NCBI GenBank assembly: GCA_964471115.1 | Contig: CAYYFE010000016.1 | Coordinates: forward strand, 6,874 to 70,873 | Origin: an uncultured Solibacteraceae bacterium | GTDB lineage: Bacteria > Acidobacteriota > Vicinamibacteria > Vicinamibacterales > SCN-69-37 | Reading direction: 5' to 3' | Length of the DNA: 64,000 bases | Shown: positions 62,601-64,000 of the stretch, piece by piece | How positions within the stretch are numbered: the first letter of the stretch is position 1 | How the letters are laid out: the number at the start of each line of letters is the position of its first letter | Program-made: the position numbers and the translations under genes | The notes under the pieces: generated by a model | What the model saw: the letters and a program-made list of their open reading frames with translations, nothing else | Told to the model about the DNA's origin: nothing | Databases searched by the model: none

Positions 62601-63887
62601 TCACCGGGCGGGCGCGCCGATCATCGCGCGCAGGGCGTTCCAGTCGACGCGCCGCACGGCGGATTCCGCGCAGCCGGGTGCGGACTGGCCTTCGGCGACG
62701 GCGCTGACCGCGAAGCGGTCGGCCAGCACGATGACGAACTGGCTCTCCCGCCGGGGTTGGTCCCAGCGGTCGTCGATGAACACGTCGCCCTCCGTGCGCA
62801 TGCGCTGGTAGCCGCGCGCCGTCGTGACATCGCGTGTCGGGAAGAGCCGCCGAATCTGCGACAGCCCGAGCGCGGTGGGGGACCGGTCGCCGATCTCCAT
62901 GCGGACCGAGCCCTGGCCGCGCCGGCCGAACGTCGCCTTGGCGATGGCCACCTCCCCGCCGCCCGGCAGCCGTGAGAGTGTGCTCTCGATCTCGGTGCGC
63001 GCCAGGCCGCAGACCTCCAGGGGCATCAGTTCCCCGAGCGCGGACGGCTCCGCGGGCTTGAACGGGATGTTGGCTTCGACGCGCGGCACCTCGCGCTTGA
63101 GCCGCTCGAGCTCCTTCAGCTTCTCCGGGTCGACCATCTCCTTGATGAGTTCATCGATCGACTTGCCGCCCAGGTCATCGAGGTTGAGGGCACCCAGTCC
63201 CTTGTCGTCGGCGCCCTCGAGGCGTTCGTCGGGCGAGGTGGCGCCGCGGCCCTGCGTGGTGGGCAGCGGCGCGCCTTCCGGCAGCGGGGCGACGACCGCG
63301 GCCATCGGTTCGCCGGCGCCGGGCGCGGCCGGCGCGGCGCAACTGGGGATCAGCAGCGCGAGCAGCGCCAGCAGGATCGCCGCCGCCGTGACGGTGAGCG
63401 CGTACGCCGAGGCCCGCGCCTCGGGACACCCCATGACCGGCGGCAGGCCGCGCCGCAGCAGCCAGATTGCCCAGGGCACGCCCGCCCAGACGAGCAGGCC
63501 GACGAGCGGCAGCATCGTGAGCAGCGACAACACGAAGAGCGGCGCCAACGCGCCGGTCACCACCGTCAAGGCGCGCCCGTAGCCGCGACGTCCCTCAAAA
63601 CGCGGGGCGAGCGCGTCGGTCACCCACGCGACGGCCAGCGTCCAGCCCACGAGGAACGCGTACCGTCCGGCCGCGTCGCCCAAGAGCGTCGAGGCCACCG
63701 CCACGCTGGCCTGGGCCCCGAAGATGGACGCGAACAGCCAGAAGCGCAGCAGATAGGCCGCAAAGGGGAGCAGCGCCCAGGGAAGGAGCCAGCCGATCAG
63801 CACACGGGCGGCGCCGGGCGGCGCCTGCGCGATATCCCTCCAGGCGGCGGACGGCGAAGTCAGCAGAGCACGCAGACGACCGATCAC
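62601..63887 (-). CDS. Yip1-domain membrane protein with soluble C-terminal extension
   Basis: LLTSPSAAWRDIA, five TM segments, LAPRFEG, GLPPVMGCP. Confidence 0.78.
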   Translation of the reverse strand: MIGRLRALLTSPSAAWRDIAQAPPGAARVLIGWLLPWALLPFAAYLLRFWLFASIFGAQASVAVASTLLGDAAGRYAFLVGWTLAVAWVTDALAPRFEGRRGYGRALTVVTGALAPLFVLSLLTMLPLVGLLVWAGVPWAIWLLRRGLPPVMGCPEARASAYALTVTAAAILLALLALLIPSCAAPAAPGAGEPMAAVVAPLPEGAPLPTTQGRGATSPDERLEGADDKGLGALNLDDLGGKSIDELIKEMVDPEKLKELERLKREVPRVEANIPFKPAEPSALGELMPLEVCGLARTEIESTLSRLPGGGEVAIAKATFGRRGQGSVRMEIGDRSPTALGLSQIRRLFPTRDVTTARGYQRMRTEGDVFIDDRWDQPRRESQFVIVLADRFAVSAVAEGQSAPGCAESAVRRVDWNALRAMIGAPAR

Positions 63888-63894
63888 GCGCGCG

Positions 63895-64000
63895 TCACCC
63901 GCGCTGGTAGCGCGCCTGCAGGAACTCGAAGTAGATGAACCCGAAGCGCTCGTACCAGTCCTGGGTCTCGTAATAGAGCTTTTCGCAGAGCGCGATGTCG
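63895..64000 (-). CDS. C-terminal fragment of an unidentified protein (runs off the window end)
   Basis: Hand translation ...DIALCEKLYYETQDWYERFGFIYFEFLQARYQRG*. Confidence 0.6.
   Translation of the reverse strand, partial: DIALCEKLYYETQDWYERFGFIYFEFLQARYQRG

Overview
GC-rich bacterial chromosomal segment. Inferred to come from an Acidobacteriota (probably Vicinamibacteria-like) genome, given the ADOP-type orphan permease, tandem carboxypeptidase-regulatory-domain proteins and Gly/Arg-rich secreted proteins. About 50 CDS are present: peptidases (M14, S41/tricorn, M28, GGT family), transporters (AbgT, RCK K+ channel, TesA-YbbAP, a combined RND plus MacAB efflux cluster with TolC), two hybrid histidine kinases, two ECF sigma/anti-sigma modules, housekeeping genes (folK, ispH, pckA, gatB, rnr, selB, tatA, nadA, nadC) and tRNA-Leu(TAA). 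No integrase, transposase, reverse transcriptase or CRISPR array was seen. The most striking unexplained structure is about 20 short tandem-repeat arrays with 7-10 bp units. Many abut stop codons, several form inverted pairs or recur as the same family at distant loci, and some lie inside coding sequence. One inverted pair encloses a four-helix-bundle (IVP/Avd-like) gene between two convergent stop codons, preceded by a sigma54-like promoter. This suggests a cassette plus gene-less derivatives; that interpretation is inference and needs genome-wide testing.
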